Part shown: one piece after another, positions 47,418-58,563 of the stretch
Position numbering within the stretch: position 1 is the first letter of the stretch
Layout of the letters: each line of letters begins with the position of its first letter
Source of the DNA: an uncultured Prevotellaceae bacterium
GTDB taxonomy: Bacteria > Bacteroidota > Bacteroidia > Bacteroidales > Bacteroidaceae
DNA length: 64,000 nt
Direction: 5' to 3'
NCBI GenBank assembly: GCA_900316265.1
Contig: ONCH01000005.1
Coordinates: 31,437-95,436 of the forward strand
Position numbers and translations under genes: made by a program
Notes under the pieces: generated by a model
What the model saw: only the letters and a program-made list of their open reading frames with translations
The model's database searches: none
What the model was told of the DNA's origin: nothing

Positions 47418-48571
47418 GCTTCTATGATTTGTTGCCACTGGCGGCTGATGGTTTCCAGATTAAAACGGTGGGCTATCTCAATGGCCTTCCTTGAGGTGCT
47501 GTTCCAGTCGAGTTGGGTAGCAGCATGCATTTGGCGCGCCATACCGTTGACGTCTCCATTGACGAAGTAGAGTCCGAAGTCGCCCAAAATCTCTTTGCTG
47601 GTGGGCAGGTTCGACGATATGATTGGCAATCCGTGAGCCATCGCTTCGACCAGTACCAGTCCGAACCCTTCCCAGCGTGATGAGAGCACATAGGCCTGTG
47701 CCTCATGGTAGTATTGCTGGATGTTGTTGGTAAAGGGATGGATGTGAATGCGCTCTTGCAACTGGTATTCCTTGATGTACTTGCGATAGAGAGGTTCCTC
47801 TACGCCTTCACCCACAATGTCGAGCGTCCATTCTTTGTTGTCTTGTGCAAAGATACGGAAAGCCTCTATCAACAGGTCGAACCCTTTGTGCAGACGTGAG
47901 AAACGACCTACTGCCAGGAACTTCTTCGAGGTACCCTCTGAGGGTGGACCTGGCACCAGCGTCAGTGGATTGTAGATGACTTCTGTGGTGATATGATATT
48001 TCTGGGCATCGTCGCGGCAGAGCACTATCGTATGGTCGAGTTTGGCCAACTGGAATTCATAGTGCTTGCAGAGTTCAGGACCGATGTATAGCGAACCTTC
48101 GCCAAAGAGCGCCTCGTAGGAGTTGTGTATCCATCCAATGAGGCGTGTACCTCGCAGATGACGACGGCAACTGGCCAGACGTATAGCCAGTGGTGCATGT
48201 ACTCCGATGATGACATCGTAGTTTCCTTCTTTCAACTCCCTATACAATGCCTTGCGTTGTTCATGTGGGAACGAGCTGCAGGCATAGAGATTGGATGTCA
48301 GACGTGTCTGTGGCAGGTAGCGTCGATAGAGGTAGCTGTAGGCCTTGCAGAAGTAATATTTCCATCGTGAAACTTCAGGAAATGAAAAGAACCGATAGTG
48401 GATATTGGCCTTGTCGAGTTCGTAGAACGTAGTGTCTTTCTGCTCAGGCTTGTCCTTGGTGACAATGGTCACATCATAGTCTTTCGCCAATTCCTTGGCA
48501 ATCACTGCCGTCACTCGCTGAACACCGCCAAACGAGAAGATGGAGTCAGTCAGAAAGCATATTCTTTTCAT
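47414..48571 (-). CDS. Glycosyltransferase family 4
   Basis: GGVQRV and [19 protein letters not shown]. Confidence 0.9.
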   Translation of the reverse strand: MKRICFLTDSIFSFGGVQRVTAVIAKELAKDYDVTIVTKDKPEQKDTTFYELDKANIHYRFFSFPEVSRWKYYFCKAYSYLYRRYLPQTRLTSNLYACSSFPHEQRKALYRELKEGNYDVIIGVHAPLAIRLASCRRHLRGTRLIGWIHNSYEALFGEGSLYIGPELCKHYEFQLAKLDHTIVLCRDDAQKYHITTEVIYNPLTLVPGPPSEGTSKKFLAVGRFSRLHKGFDLLIEAFRIFAQDNKEWTLDIVGEGVEEPLYRKYIKEYQLQERIHIHPFTNNIQQYYHEAQAYVLSSRWEGFGLVLVEAMAHGLPIISSNLPTSKEILGDFGLYFVNGDVNGMARQMHAATQLDWNSTSRKAIEIAHRFNLETISRQWQQIIEA

Positions 48572-48647
48572 TTCTGCGTACAAAAATACGGATAAATCTT
48601 GATTATTCCAAATTTTCTTTGTAAATTTGTGGCAAAAATTACGAATA

Positions 48648-49784
48648 ATGCGGATACTATTCCTGACTTATCACGGTTTTGAGGAGGCCAGCGGTATCTC
48701 GAAAAAGATGTTGGCACAAATCAAGGGCTTGCGGCAGAATGGTCATGAGGTGCATGTGTGCTATTACGACATTGCTTCTGACGGTCATCGTTGCCGCTAT
48801 ATTGATGATACAGTGATAAAGGATTACGGCAAGGGTTCGTGGGCTGCTATCCGCCAGCGTATGAGTTTCGACTGCATCTATGATTATTGCATTCGTGAAC
48901 ATATCGAATTCGTCTATGCCCGCTGTTTCATGAACGCCAATCCGTGGCTTATCCGTTTCTTCAAACGACTGAAGAAAGCTGGCATCCACGCAGTAACAGA
49001 GATTCCTACTTATCCCTATGACGAGGAGTTCAAAACTTTAACCTTCGAACAACGTTTGGGATTGCGGATAGATCAGTTGTTCCGCCATCGCTTGTATAAG
49101 CACATGGATGCATTGGTCACCTTCTCTGATGCTGAGGAGATTTTCGGACAGCGTACCATCCGCATCAGCAATGGCGTCGATTTTGATAGCACACCGTTGC
49201 ATCAACCGTTACCTGTGAGTTGTGACTCGTTGAGCTTTATTGCCGTCGCTGAGGTGCATCCTTGGCATGCTTTCGAACGAGTAATTGCTGGTATCGGAGA
49301 GTATTATAAGCATGGTGGTACTCGTAATTTGGTGTTTCACATTGTTGGAGGTGTTCATCCGAATCACATGAAGAATTTCTTTCTGCCTGTTATCCAGAAA
49401 TATGGCATACAGGATAGGATTGTCTTTCACGGTCAGTTGTTTGGCGATGCGTTGACCGAGGTGTTTAACCAGTGCCAATTTGCCATAGGCTCATTAGGTC
49501 GTCATCGTAGTGGTATCACAGTGATCAAGACCTTGAAGAATCGCGAGTATGCTACGCGGGGAATACCGTTTATCTATAGCGAGCAGGACTCAGACTTCGA
49601 TCACCAGCCCTATGTGCTGAAAGCTCCTGCTGACGAGTCGCCTATTGATATACAGCAGATTATAGATTTTGTTGACCATTTCCAGATGAAGCCTGAAGAG
49701 ATACGAAAGACTGTGGAGCATTTGTCGTGGAAAATACAGATGGAAGAAGTTGTCAAACAGGTCCTGTCATTACCTAAAGAATGA
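48648..49784 (+). CDS. Glycosyltransferase (GT4-like)
   Basis: GISKK, WHAFER and LKNREYATRGIPF. Confidence 0.8.
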   Translation: MRILFLTYHGFEEASGISKKMLAQIKGLRQNGHEVHVCYYDIASDGHRCRYIDDTVIKDYGKGSWAAIRQRMSFDCIYDYCIREHIEFVYARCFMNANPWLIRFFKRLKKAGIHAVTEIPTYPYDEEFKTLTFEQRLGLRIDQLFRHRLYKHMDALVTFSDAEEIFGQRTIRISNGVDFDSTPLHQPLPVSCDSLSFIAVAEVHPWHAFERVIAGIGEYYKHGGTRNLVFHIVGGVHPNHMKNFFLPVIQKYGIQDRIVFHGQLFGDALTEVFNQCQFAIGSLGRHRSGITVIKTLKNREYATRGIPFIYSEQDSDFDHQPYVLKAPADESPIDIQQIIDFVDHFQMKPEEIRKTVEHLSWKIQMEEVVKQVLSLPKE

Positions 49785-50806
49785 GTTATGAAGTAACCAT
49801 AGGAATACCTGTCTACAATGCAGAGAAATATATCCGTCGAACAATGGATTCTGCTTTGGCTCAGACGTTTGCAAGTATAGAGTTTCTTATACTTGACGAC
49901 GGCTGTACGGACCTGTCGATAGCTATTGTCAAGGAATATCAGCAGACGAACCCTCGCGGCAAAGACATCAGAATAGTCACCCAGCCTTGTAACAAGGGTA
50001 TTGGCGAAGCGCGCAATCGTATTGTTGACGAAGCTCAAGGAAACTATCTGTATTTCATGGATGCCGACGATGCGATAGCCCCCAATGCGATAGAATTGCT
50101 ATATACTGCCTCGCAGAAATATGATGCAGAGATGGTGTGTGGTTCTCATGAGCGAATAGAGGAGTATGGTGAAAAGGTTAATCATGTTTACCATAAATAT
50201 GCTCCTATGGTGTTTCAGGAGGAAAACGAGTTCGCATTGTGGGCTTACCAGGAATATAACAACCTGCAGGCTATGACGTGTAACATACTCTTGAAGCTCG
50301 ATGTGTATAGAAAGAATCATCTGTGCTATCTTCCTATCAGTTATTTGGAAGATATGGCGTTTTCGATGGATTTACCAGCATATATCACTCATGCCGTCTT
50401 GTTGGAGGATATTACCTATTATTATTTCTGCAGGGAAGGGTCTGCATCCAGATACGAGAAGCGCACCAATATTGAGAAACGCGAGATAGAAAGCACTATT
50501 GATGCGATGAAATACTTAAAGAGCAATAGTGCGCGTTGGAAAGAAAAACCCTTCTTTCGACAGCTGGTGTGCAAGGTTCTGATGACATGTTATTTCGTGG
50601 CTACACATATCGTGAGGAACGAATCCATTATCAATCCGCCTTTCACCCAAAAGGAAATCAGGGATGTTATGCATATGCCGTCGTTTTTCGTTGAGATGTT
50701 CAAGCCAGGTCATTGTATGCTGAAGAATTTCTATCTGTATCTGTTAGGAGTATTACCACCATCATTGTCCGTGTGGTTGATAAAGAGGAGAATACGAAAT
50801 AAATAA
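49781..50806 (+). CDS. Glycosyltransferase family 2
   Basis: IPVYNAEKYI, LDDGCTD and FMDADD. Confidence 0.9.
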   Translation: MSYEVTIGIPVYNAEKYIRRTMDSALAQTFASIEFLILDDGCTDLSIAIVKEYQQTNPRGKDIRIVTQPCNKGIGEARNRIVDEAQGNYLYFMDADDAIAPNAIELLYTASQKYDAEMVCGSHERIEEYGEKVNHVYHKYAPMVFQEENEFALWAYQEYNNLQAMTCNILLKLDVYRKNHLCYLPISYLEDMAFSMDLPAYITHAVLLEDITYYYFCREGSASRYEKRTNIEKREIESTIDAMKYLKSNSARWKEKPFFRQLVCKVLMTCYFVATHIVRNESIINPPFTQKEIRDVMHMPSFFVEMFKPGHCMLKNFYLYLLGVLPPSLSVWLIKRRIRNK

Positions 50807-50823
50807 CAGGAAGGACTGTCGAT

Positions 50824-51954
50824 ATGAGAATAATGTATGTCAATGATGCCTTTGCTATAAAGGGGGGAATAGAGCGTGTGCTTGCAGATAAAATAAACTA
50901 TCTTTCTTCCGTTTATGGCTATGACATTTGTTTGCTGACGGCCAATCAAGGGTCACATCCTCATGCATATCGTTTAGATCCATCCGTGAAGTATGTCGAT
51001 GTAGGTATCTCTTTCCATAATCTTTATCGATATCATGGTATTAAGCGCTGGATAAAAACACGAGAATATGACAGGCTTTTCTTACAGTGTGTCTGCCAGC
51101 AGATTGATGCATTTTGTCCCGATATCATTATTACCGCACGTCCTTTTTATCTGAAGCCACTATGTCGCTTGAAGAATAAGGCCCTTTTAATTCTTGAATC
51201 CCACAGCTCTTGTCGGAATGCGTATTTCGAGGAGGACTCATCATTTAAGCGGTTGCTTGAAATCTGGCAAATCAAGAAACTGAAGAAATTGCCTATGATG
51301 GTAATTGCCTTGACAGATGGAGATGCGTGTGAGTGGTATAAGCTATTGCCTCAGTATGGCGTAAAGGTAATTCCAAACATCGTTGCATTCAATGACAGTA
51401 AGAACGAAGGTGTGCAGGAATGTAAACGTATCATCTTTGTTGGTCGTCTCGAGTATCAGAAAGGCCTTGATGACTTGATAAAGGTATGGGAACAGGTGCA
51501 ACGACAGCACGATGACTGGCAACTCGATATCTATGGTGATGGCAGTCAAAAGGCTAGGTTGCAGTCTGTGATTCAAGAAAGAAAGCTACATGTGAATTTG
51601 TGGGGCTCGGTAGACCGTATTTTCGAATGCTATATGAGGAGTTCTATGCTCCTGCTCACTTCTGTTTATGAGCCGTTTGGCCTTGTTATGCCTGAGGCTA
51701 TGAGTTGCGGCTTGCCAGTTGTGGCTTTCGATTGTCCGTACGGACCGGCAGATATTATTACCGATGGCGTTGACGGTTTCCTCATTAAGAATCGCGATGT
51801 CAAAGCGTTTGCCGACCGTGTGTGCCAGCTGATAGAAGACAGGGAATTGAGACAACGAATGGGACAGACCGCCATACAGTCTGCCCAACGCTATGCACCA
51901 GAACGGATTATGCCTTTATGGAAGAAATTGTTTGAGTCGCTTCCATGCAAATAG
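50824..51954 (+). CDS. Glycosyltransferase family 4
   Basis: GGIERV and SVYEPFGLVMPEAMSCGLPVVAFDCPYGP. Confidence 0.9.
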   Translation: MRIMYVNDAFAIKGGIERVLADKINYLSSVYGYDICLLTANQGSHPHAYRLDPSVKYVDVGISFHNLYRYHGIKRWIKTREYDRLFLQCVCQQIDAFCPDIIITARPFYLKPLCRLKNKALLILESHSSCRNAYFEEDSSFKRLLEIWQIKKLKKLPMMVIALTDGDACEWYKLLPQYGVKVIPNIVAFNDSKNEGVQECKRIIFVGRLEYQKGLDDLIKVWEQVQRQHDDWQLDIYGDGSQKARLQSVIQERKLHVNLWGSVDRIFECYMRSSMLLLTSVYEPFGLVMPEAMSCGLPVVAFDCPYGPADIITDGVDGFLIKNRDVKAFADRVCQLIEDRELRQRMGQTAIQSAQRYAPERIMPLWKKLFESLPCK

Positions 51955-51957
51955 AAC

Positions 51958-53061
51958 TTATTTGAAACTGTTCAAGACCTTCTCCACAATAGGAGCCATA
52001 TCGTAATACTTGTATTCTGCCAGTCGACCACCGAAAATAACGTTCTTTTCCTGTTGTGCCAGCGCCTGATATTTCTCTATGAGGGTATTGTTCTTGTCGT
52101 CGTTGATGGGGTAGTAGGGCTCCATTCCTTCTTCCCATTCCACAGAATACTCACGACTGATAACAGTTTTCGGATTCTTCTCCACATCAGCGGCAAACGA
52201 CTCGAAATGCTTGTGCTCAATGATGCGCGTATAAGGAATGGCAGCATCAGTATAGTTGATTTGTGCCAAACCCTGATAGTTGGGCGTGTCCAGTACTTCG
52301 TGCTCAAAGCGGACGGTACGATACTCTAACTTTCCAAAGCGGTAGTCGTAGAACTCGTCAATCTTACCAGTAAAGACTATCTTGTCTGCCATAGCTTCAT
52401 ACTCCTTTCTGTTGGCAAAGAAGTCGCAATTGGTTCTTGTATCCACACCTTTCAACAGTCCGTTAATCAAGACGTTATAGCCACCGATGGGTACACCTTG
52501 ATAAGAGTCGTTGAAGTAGTTGTTGTCATAGACAAAGCGAACGGGCAGACGCTTGATGATAAATGGCGGCAGTTCCGTACACTTGCGTCCCCACTGCTTT
52601 TCCGTATATCCTTTGATGAGACGCTCGTAAATATCACGACCTACTAATGAAATAGCCTGTTCTTCCAGATTCGTAGGCTCCTTGCCCTCCATCTCCTTGC
52701 GCTGTTCAGCTATCTTCTGGCGGGCTTCGTCGGGAGTCAGTACACCCCACATCTGACTGAAGGTATTCATGTTGAAGGGTAGGTTGTAGGCTCTGCCCTT
52801 GTAGAACGCTACAGGCGACTCTGTAAAGCGGTTAAACTCCACAATGCTATTGACAAACTCCCACACCTCTTTATTGGAAGTGTGGAAGATGTGTGGACCG
52901 TATTTGTGGACGTTGATGCCCTCCACTTTGTCACAATAGAGGTTGCCTCCCAGCTGTGGACGTTTGTCAATCACCAAACAGCGTTTTCCCTGCTTCGTAG
53001 CCAAGTGTGCAAAGACGGAACCATAGAGTCCTGCACCAACAATCAGATAGTTGTATTTCAT
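51958..53061 (-). CDS. glf: UDP-galactopyranose mutase
   Basis: IVGAGLYG, HKYGPHIFHT, YTRIIEHKHF, EPYYP and GRLAEYKYYDM. Confidence 0.95.
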   Translation of the reverse strand: MKYNYLIVGAGLYGSVFAHLATKQGKRCLVIDKRPQLGGNLYCDKVEGINVHKYGPHIFHTSNKEVWEFVNSIVEFNRFTESPVAFYKGRAYNLPFNMNTFSQMWGVLTPDEARQKIAEQRKEMEGKEPTNLEEQAISLVGRDIYERLIKGYTEKQWGRKCTELPPFIIKRLPVRFVYDNNYFNDSYQGVPIGGYNVLINGLLKGVDTRTNCDFFANRKEYEAMADKIVFTGKIDEFYDYRFGKLEYRTVRFEHEVLDTPNYQGLAQINYTDAAIPYTRIIEHKHFESFAADVEKNPKTVISREYSVEWEEGMEPYYPINDDKNNTLIEKYQALAQQEKNVIFGGRLAEYKYYDMAPIVEKVLNSFK

Positions 53062-53161
53062 AATAGTGGTAATATTTTTCGCAAAAGTACGAAAAATATC
53101 CGCAATATGCAAACATTCTGAAAAAAATATTGTACTTTTGCAGCAAAGCAAGACAACGAAT

Positions 53162-54310
53162 ATGAATAGGCCCTTGAAAATCGTTTATATCACGCCCCAA
53201 CTGTATCTTGCAGATGGCGTTGCACGTGTGTTAAGCATGAAGGCAAATTATTTTGCCGAGCACTTTGGTTATGATATCACCATTATAATTACTGAGGGCA
53301 AAGGGAAACCTGTGTTCTATCCGTTGTCTGAGAAGATTCATGTGGTCAATCTCGACTTGAATTTTGAGGAATTGTGGCACCAGCCGTTCTTCAAGAAAGC
53401 CTGGATTTATCTGAACAAACAACGCCAATACCGACACTTGCTGACACAGGAACTGATGCGGATTCGCCCTGATATCACAGTGACGCTGTTACGCCGTGAA
53501 ATCAACTTCATCAATCAGATAAAGGATGGCAGTAGGAAGATGGGTGAGATGCATGTGTTGCGGTCTCATTTCCGTAATTTCGAGAAGAACGACACCAATT
53601 TCCTGAAAGAACTCTTTGCCAAATACTGGATGCACCGCTTGATAGGCGAATTGCGGAAGCTGGATCGTATGGTCGTACTGACAGAGACGGATGCAGCCTC
53701 GTGGACGGAACTGAGCAATGTGGTTGCTATTCCGAATCCATTACCTATGATGCCTAAAACTGTCAGCCCGCTGACGGAGAAGCGTGTTATTGCTGTGGGA
53801 CGCTACTATCAGGAGAAGGGTTTTGACCTGTTGCTGGAGGCGTGGTCGAAAGTCTATCAGCAACATCCGTACTGGCGACTGGAAATCTTCGGCGATGGAG
53901 AAAGGAAAAACTATGAAGCTATCCGTGATCGCTTGGGAATACCTGCCAGTTGCTGTATCATTAACGGTCGTTCCAATAATATTGAACAGGAATACCTGAA
54001 GAGCTCTGTCTTCGTATGTAGCTCACGCTTCGAAGGTTTCGGAATGGTGATTATCGAAGCAATGGCATGTGGTTTGGCTGTCGTTTCGTTTGATTGTCCA
54101 TATGGACCGCGTAGTATTATTGCTGATGGGGAAGACGGCATTCTGGTGGAAGCAGAAAATACGGACAAGTTGGCGGAAGCACTCTCTTCTGTCATGGGCA
54201 GCCCTGAGAAATGTCATTTGTTGGCTACCAATGCTATCCAGAATGTCAAGCGCTTCCAGATGGATGAAATCGCCAATCAATGGAAACAACTATTCGAAAG
54301 TATTGTGTGA
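53162..54310 (+). CDS. Glycosyltransferase family 4
   Basis: DGVARV and SRFEGFGMVIIEAMACGLAVVSFDCPYGP. Confidence 0.9.
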   Translation: MNRPLKIVYITPQLYLADGVARVLSMKANYFAEHFGYDITIIITEGKGKPVFYPLSEKIHVVNLDLNFEELWHQPFFKKAWIYLNKQRQYRHLLTQELMRIRPDITVTLLRREINFINQIKDGSRKMGEMHVLRSHFRNFEKNDTNFLKELFAKYWMHRLIGELRKLDRMVVLTETDAASWTELSNVVAIPNPLPMMPKTVSPLTEKRVIAVGRYYQEKGFDLLLEAWSKVYQQHPYWRLEIFGDGERKNYEAIRDRLGIPASCCIINGRSNNIEQEYLKSSVFVCSSRFEGFGMVIIEAMACGLAVVSFDCPYGPRSIIADGEDGILVEAENTDKLAEALSSVMGSPEKCHLLATNAIQNVKRFQMDEIANQWKQLFESIV

Positions 54311-54312
54311 GA

Positions 54313-55311
54313 TTATCCGAAATTCGGTTTTTGCGTAACCCATTTAAAGACAAGTCTGAAGAAGAAATAGACATGGGGCATAAATCTGTACATCATTGAT
54401 GTTACTCTTTGTTTTACTCCATGTGTGAATTTTAATTTAGGTACTCTTTTCCTCAAGAAGTTGAAGATTTCTGCCCTATCAGAGAAATCTTTAACACCAT
54501 ACAACATGAAGTATATCAATAGCGAAAAGGATACAAAAATGTCATCATCCAATTTTTGCCTTACTGATAATGGCAATTTCTTCATTTTTCTTAATCTCCA
54601 GGTTTTGGCAATAGCAATACATAAGTCGTGGGCTTTCTTCTTGTTGAACGATGCCGTTGCTGCCGACTCATGCCCTCTCCTGTAGATGTTCAACAACCAG
54701 TGAGTCCTCATGCATTTACCAGCCTTGAGGTAAGCTTCGTGTGTGAATGGCACGTCCTGATAGCGGATGCCAGGAACAAAGGTCAGTTTCTTCCCTGTAA
54801 TGAAGGCACGTCGGTAGAGTGTTCGCCAGACGTAGCACTGACGTGGATTCAAGTCCTCCAGAAACAGTTGTTTGCCGGTCTTCTCTACAAACGTTGCTTC
54901 ACCGCTATTCTGTAGATCTGTGCTTTGGGCAATCTGCTCATCGCCCATTTCCAGGAAGTCTGCAACCACCAAGTCTGCTTTCGTCTCCAGCGCTTTTTCA
55001 AGCAATGGTTTTAGGCTGTTTTCTATCAGCAGGTCGTCGGAGTCTGGCATGAGGATATATTCGCCTTTTGCTGCAGCAATGCCGTTGTTGCGGGCTACCG
55101 ACAGACTGAGATTCTTCTGATTGATAACAGTAATATTAGTGTGTGCGGCTATGATGTCTTCGATGACCTCCATGCTTCGGTCTTTCGTACCGTCGTTGAC
55201 AATGATTACCTCATAATCGTCCTCGTCAAGCCCTTGTTTGAAGATGCTTTCCATACAAGGTCTGATGTACTTTTCGACATTGTAAACAGGTACGATAATA
55301 CTTAACTTCAT
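54313..55311 (-). CDS. Glycosyltransferase family 2
   Basis: IVPVYNVEKYI, VNDGTKD and PDSDD. Confidence 0.9.
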   Translation of the reverse strand: MKLSIIVPVYNVEKYIRPCMESIFKQGLDEDDYEVIIVNDGTKDRSMEVIEDIIAAHTNITVINQKNLSLSVARNNGIAAAKGEYILMPDSDDLLIENSLKPLLEKALETKADLVVADFLEMGDEQIAQSTDLQNSGEATFVEKTGKQLFLEDLNPRQCYVWRTLYRRAFITGKKLTFVPGIRYQDVPFTHEAYLKAGKCMRTHWLLNIYRRGHESAATASFNKKKAHDLCIAIAKTWRLRKMKKLPLSVRQKLDDDIFVSFSLLIYFMLYGVKDFSDRAEIFNFLRKRVPKLKFTHGVKQRVTSMMYRFMPHVYFFFRLVFKWVTQKPNFG

Positions 55312-55412
55312 AGTCTATATGGTCTTTAGACGCGTCAAAGTTACAAAAAAAAATAGAAAACACCTGCAAATTCAGGAAAAAATTGTATCTTTGCATGAAA
55401 AATCTACACATT

Positions 55413-56258
55413 ATGGAGTGGTACGACAAATATTTGAGTATTTATGAGAAGCCTTACAGCGAAGTTCCTCAGACTGTTGTTGAGGGATGTCGCGAGCGTT
55501 TGGCTAAGTTGCAGAGTAACGAACCCTTAGTCTCAATTGTTATTGTGGCGTATAATGAGGAGCGTCGTCTGCCTGTCTGTCTGTGGTCGTTGAGCGAGCA
55601 GCAGTGCAAGTATCCCATCGAGTTCATTGGTGTGGATAATGAGTCGAAAGACCGCACGGCAGAAATCTATCAGGCCTTTGGCGTACCTTATTATACAGAG
55701 CACCAGCACACATGTGGCTATGCGCGCCAGTGTGGACTGAACCAGGCCAAGGGTCGCATCACGATGTGTATAGACTGCGACACAATGTACCCGCCTCATT
55801 ATATCGAGCTGATGGTTGACAACCTGCAACAGCCTGGCATCTCTGCCGTTGCTGCTATGTGGAGCTACTATCCCAATGAGGACCACTCTAAGTTGCAGAT
55901 GAAGATGTATGAGTTCTTCCGCGATTGCTATTTGAAGATTCAGAACATCAATCGTCCTGAGCTCACCGTTCGTGGACTGGCTTTCGGCTACTACACAGAG
56001 AACGCCTTGAAGGAAGGCTATCGCGTGGAGTTGCTGCGTGGCGAGGACGGCTCGATGGCCCTGTCAATGAAGAAGTATGGCAAGATTAAGTTTGTCTATG
56101 ACAAGCGTTGCCGCGTCATTACAGGCTATGGCGGACTGAAGGAGAAGTCGATTCTTGCCGCCATGTGGCACCGTCTGAAGTTCTATGGCGTTGGTCGCCT
56201 GTTCTCCAAGACCGACCACTACGAGGATGCTCCAGACAACTTCCTGAAGAACAAGTAA
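55413..56258 (+). CDS. Glycosyltransferase family 2
   Basis: VSIVIVAYNEE, VDNESKD, CIDCD and RGED. Confidence 0.85.
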   Translation: MEWYDKYLSIYEKPYSEVPQTVVEGCRERLAKLQSNEPLVSIVIVAYNEERRLPVCLWSLSEQQCKYPIEFIGVDNESKDRTAEIYQAFGVPYYTEHQHTCGYARQCGLNQAKGRITMCIDCDTMYPPHYIELMVDNLQQPGISAVAAMWSYYPNEDHSKLQMKMYEFFRDCYLKIQNINRPELTVRGLAFGYYTENALKEGYRVELLRGEDGSMALSMKKYGKIKFVYDKRCRVITGYGGLKEKSILAAMWHRLKFYGVGRLFSKTDHYEDAPDNFLKNK

Positions 56259-56264
56259 AACCTT

Positions 56265-58448
56265 TTAGATTCTGATCAGCGTAGAACCGCTGTGGCCCAA
56301 CTGGACGATATAGATGCCTTTGCCTAATGTGGGCAAGGGCATCGTGATGTTTTGCTGGCCACTATTGACGTTTGTCTGATGGACGATAGCGCCGCCAGTG
56401 GTGTAGATGGTGACGGCGACGGGCGTTGTGGGCACATCGGCAAAAGCAATATGCAACAGGCCATTGTCAGCCCAGATGCGTGCATCGCTGGGCTCGTGCT
56501 GGCTAATCTCCTTGATGCCTGTTGCACTCAGAATGTCCAGCAGTCCGCGATAGGCGTCAATCTCGCCATAGCCGTATTTGTTGTTCGGATAGCTGAGGCC
56601 TTCTTCCGGGTGGCGACTGGTGCGTTGCAGTACGCCTATGATGTCGTCGCGCGTCAGGTTCGGGTTGGCCTGTAGCCACAACGCGATGATGCCTGCCACT
56701 ACGGGACACGACATTGACGTCCCAGAGTCTGAGTGCCACGCGTAGGTGCGACCGTCAACGTCGAAATGAGCCACGTCGTAGCCCGTTTCTGTGGGATGTG
56801 CTTCGCGGTAGTAACTGCTGTAAGCGGATATGATATTCCTGCCAGGTGCGCAGATGTCTGGCTTCGTGCGCTCGTCGAGGGTAGGACCTACGGACGAGAA
56901 CGGGCTCCACAGTCCTGCCTCCTCGTTCTGGTAAGTGTTCTTAATCCATTTGCCTTCCATGTTGCGGAAAGTCTCGCGGTGCGTCGTAGAGCCCACTGTG
57001 ATGGTAGGCTTCAGACAGCCAGGACTGAAGATGTTGTGACTCGTCGTGGCGTCGTTCCATCGTGGGTCGGTGTCGAGGTTTGCCAGTGCGTTCGACGAAG
57101 AGCCATAGACTGCCGCCTGCTGTTTCTTGCCACCAATGACAATGGCGAGGGGCGGCATTTGGTTGAGCTCCTTATTGCCGTGCAGCTGTACCATCGAGAT
57201 GCTGCCTTGCTGGTCGAACGCTGCGGGATAGCTGTTGATGACCACTGCCACTGTGTCGTTTCCTACGAAGAGCGTGTCAATCAGTACGCCAGCCCAACGC
57301 TCGTCGTCAGCGGCAATCTGCAACTGATGGGTAGGCGTGTTGCCTTCTGCATAGGCATAGAACGTCAGGGCGACCGGGCCGTTGCTCTTGATGCGATACA
57401 GCGGGTCCTTGTTTTCTGTCTTGAGGAATGCGCCCGCCTGTTCCTTGCCTACAGGCTTGTCGATATAGGTCAGTGCGCGACTCTCGTTACCTGCTGAGGC
57501 TACGAAGATGCGCCCAGGCCCCGTGAGCCGTTCCAGGAAGTCGTTATACAGCATGTCGTCGTCGTCCATATACGGCGTGTAGCCCTCGCTGAACGATACC
57601 ACACACGGTTTACCTTGCTGCGCAGCGTAGTCGAAGATGTATTTGAAACCTAATGCATCCGTTGCCGAGGTGTAGAGATAGTAGTCCTGCTTGTCGATAA
57701 AGGCGGTGTCGCTGGTCACGGCGTTGGCCACCAGACAGATGTCACTCTCGTAGGCCACTCCGCGATAAGGTGCACCATAGCCATAGCCTGCCGCAATGCC
57801 TGCGGTGTGGGTGCCGTGTGACTCTTCCTTGCCGTCGGTGGCACAGCCTTGTGCCAGAATCTCGCTCTCCGTGACAAACTCCCTGCCAACAGGCAACTTA
57901 CCCGTGGATGCCTCGTCGTGTTTGGCCAGCTGGTCCCAGAAGGCCTTGATGCGGTATTCGCTACGCCCTATATTATTATAAAAGGTGGGGTGGGTGAGGT
58001 CAAAGCCCACGTCTTCCACTCCCACGACAACGCCTTTGCCCGTGAATGCACGATGCTCCGCCGTTTGCTCATAGACGGGCAGTATGTTGTTGATTCGCGA
58101 TACGGTGTCGAGGGTTACACGGGCGCGCCGGTTGGCCTCCACGCGCAGTACCGTAGAGAGCTCTATGAGTTTGCCAACCTGCGACAACGGGATGGTGATA
58201 ATGTAGATATCGCCCAACTGCGCATAGACGATGCCCCCGTATTTCAGCAGAGAGTCTTCGGTGAGTGTCTCGCTGGTGCGCACAAAGACGGTGGTCAGCA
58301 TCTCTTTCGCATCCTCTGTCCGCCTCATGTTTCCAATATCATGACCTGCCTCCATGCTCTCCCTAAGCCATGCAGACAACTTTTCCTGTTGCGCATTCAC
58401 CGTGAGTGGCAATAGGAGGAATAGCAGACAGAAGTGTTTAAATGTCAT
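56265..58448 (-). CDS. S8 subtilisin-family serine peptidase with a T9SS-type C-terminal domain
   Basis: Signal peptide; catalytic D (VEDVGFD), H (HGTHTAG) and S (GTSMSCP); KGIYIV C-terminus. Confidence 0.9.
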   Translation of the reverse strand: MTFKHFCLLFLLLPLTVNAQQEKLSAWLRESMEAGHDIGNMRRTEDAKEMLTTVFVRTSETLTEDSLLKYGGIVYAQLGDIYIITIPLSQVGKLIELSTVLRVEANRRARVTLDTVSRINNILPVYEQTAEHRAFTGKGVVVGVEDVGFDLTHPTFYNNIGRSEYRIKAFWDQLAKHDEASTGKLPVGREFVTESEILAQGCATDGKEESHGTHTAGIAAGYGYGAPYRGVAYESDICLVANAVTSDTAFIDKQDYYLYTSATDALGFKYIFDYAAQQGKPCVVSFSEGYTPYMDDDDMLYNDFLERLTGPGRIFVASAGNESRALTYIDKPVGKEQAGAFLKTENKDPLYRIKSNGPVALTFYAYAEGNTPTHQLQIAADDERWAGVLIDTLFVGNDTVAVVINSYPAAFDQQGSISMVQLHGNKELNQMPPLAIVIGGKKQQAAVYGSSSNALANLDTDPRWNDATTSHNIFSPGCLKPTITVGSTTHRETFRNMEGKWIKNTYQNEEAGLWSPFSSVGPTLDERTKPDICAPGRNIISAYSSYYREAHPTETGYDVAHFDVDGRTYAWHSDSGTSMSCPVVAGIIALWLQANPNLTRDDIIGVLQRTSRHPEEGLSYPNNKYGYGEIDAYRGLLDILSATGIKEISQHEPSDARIWADNGLLHIAFADVPTTPVAVTIYTTGGAIVHQTNVNSGQQNITMPLPTLGKGIYIVQLGHSGSTLIRI

Positions 58449-58563
58449 ATTCAATTTTTTTCTTTCTTGCACGCTTTTGCATGCAAATTTAAACACTTTT
58501 TCCAAGACTTCCAAATTTTTCTCAGAGAAACTTATATATCTCTCCTCTGGCTTCTCATCTCTG

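Noticed and set aside
53078..53145. Inverted repeat GCAAAAGTAC..GTACTTTTGC as an invertible element
   Set aside because: It is explained by two back-to-back TAnnTTTG promoters for divergent glf and GT4; the same pattern occurs at 12797-12862.
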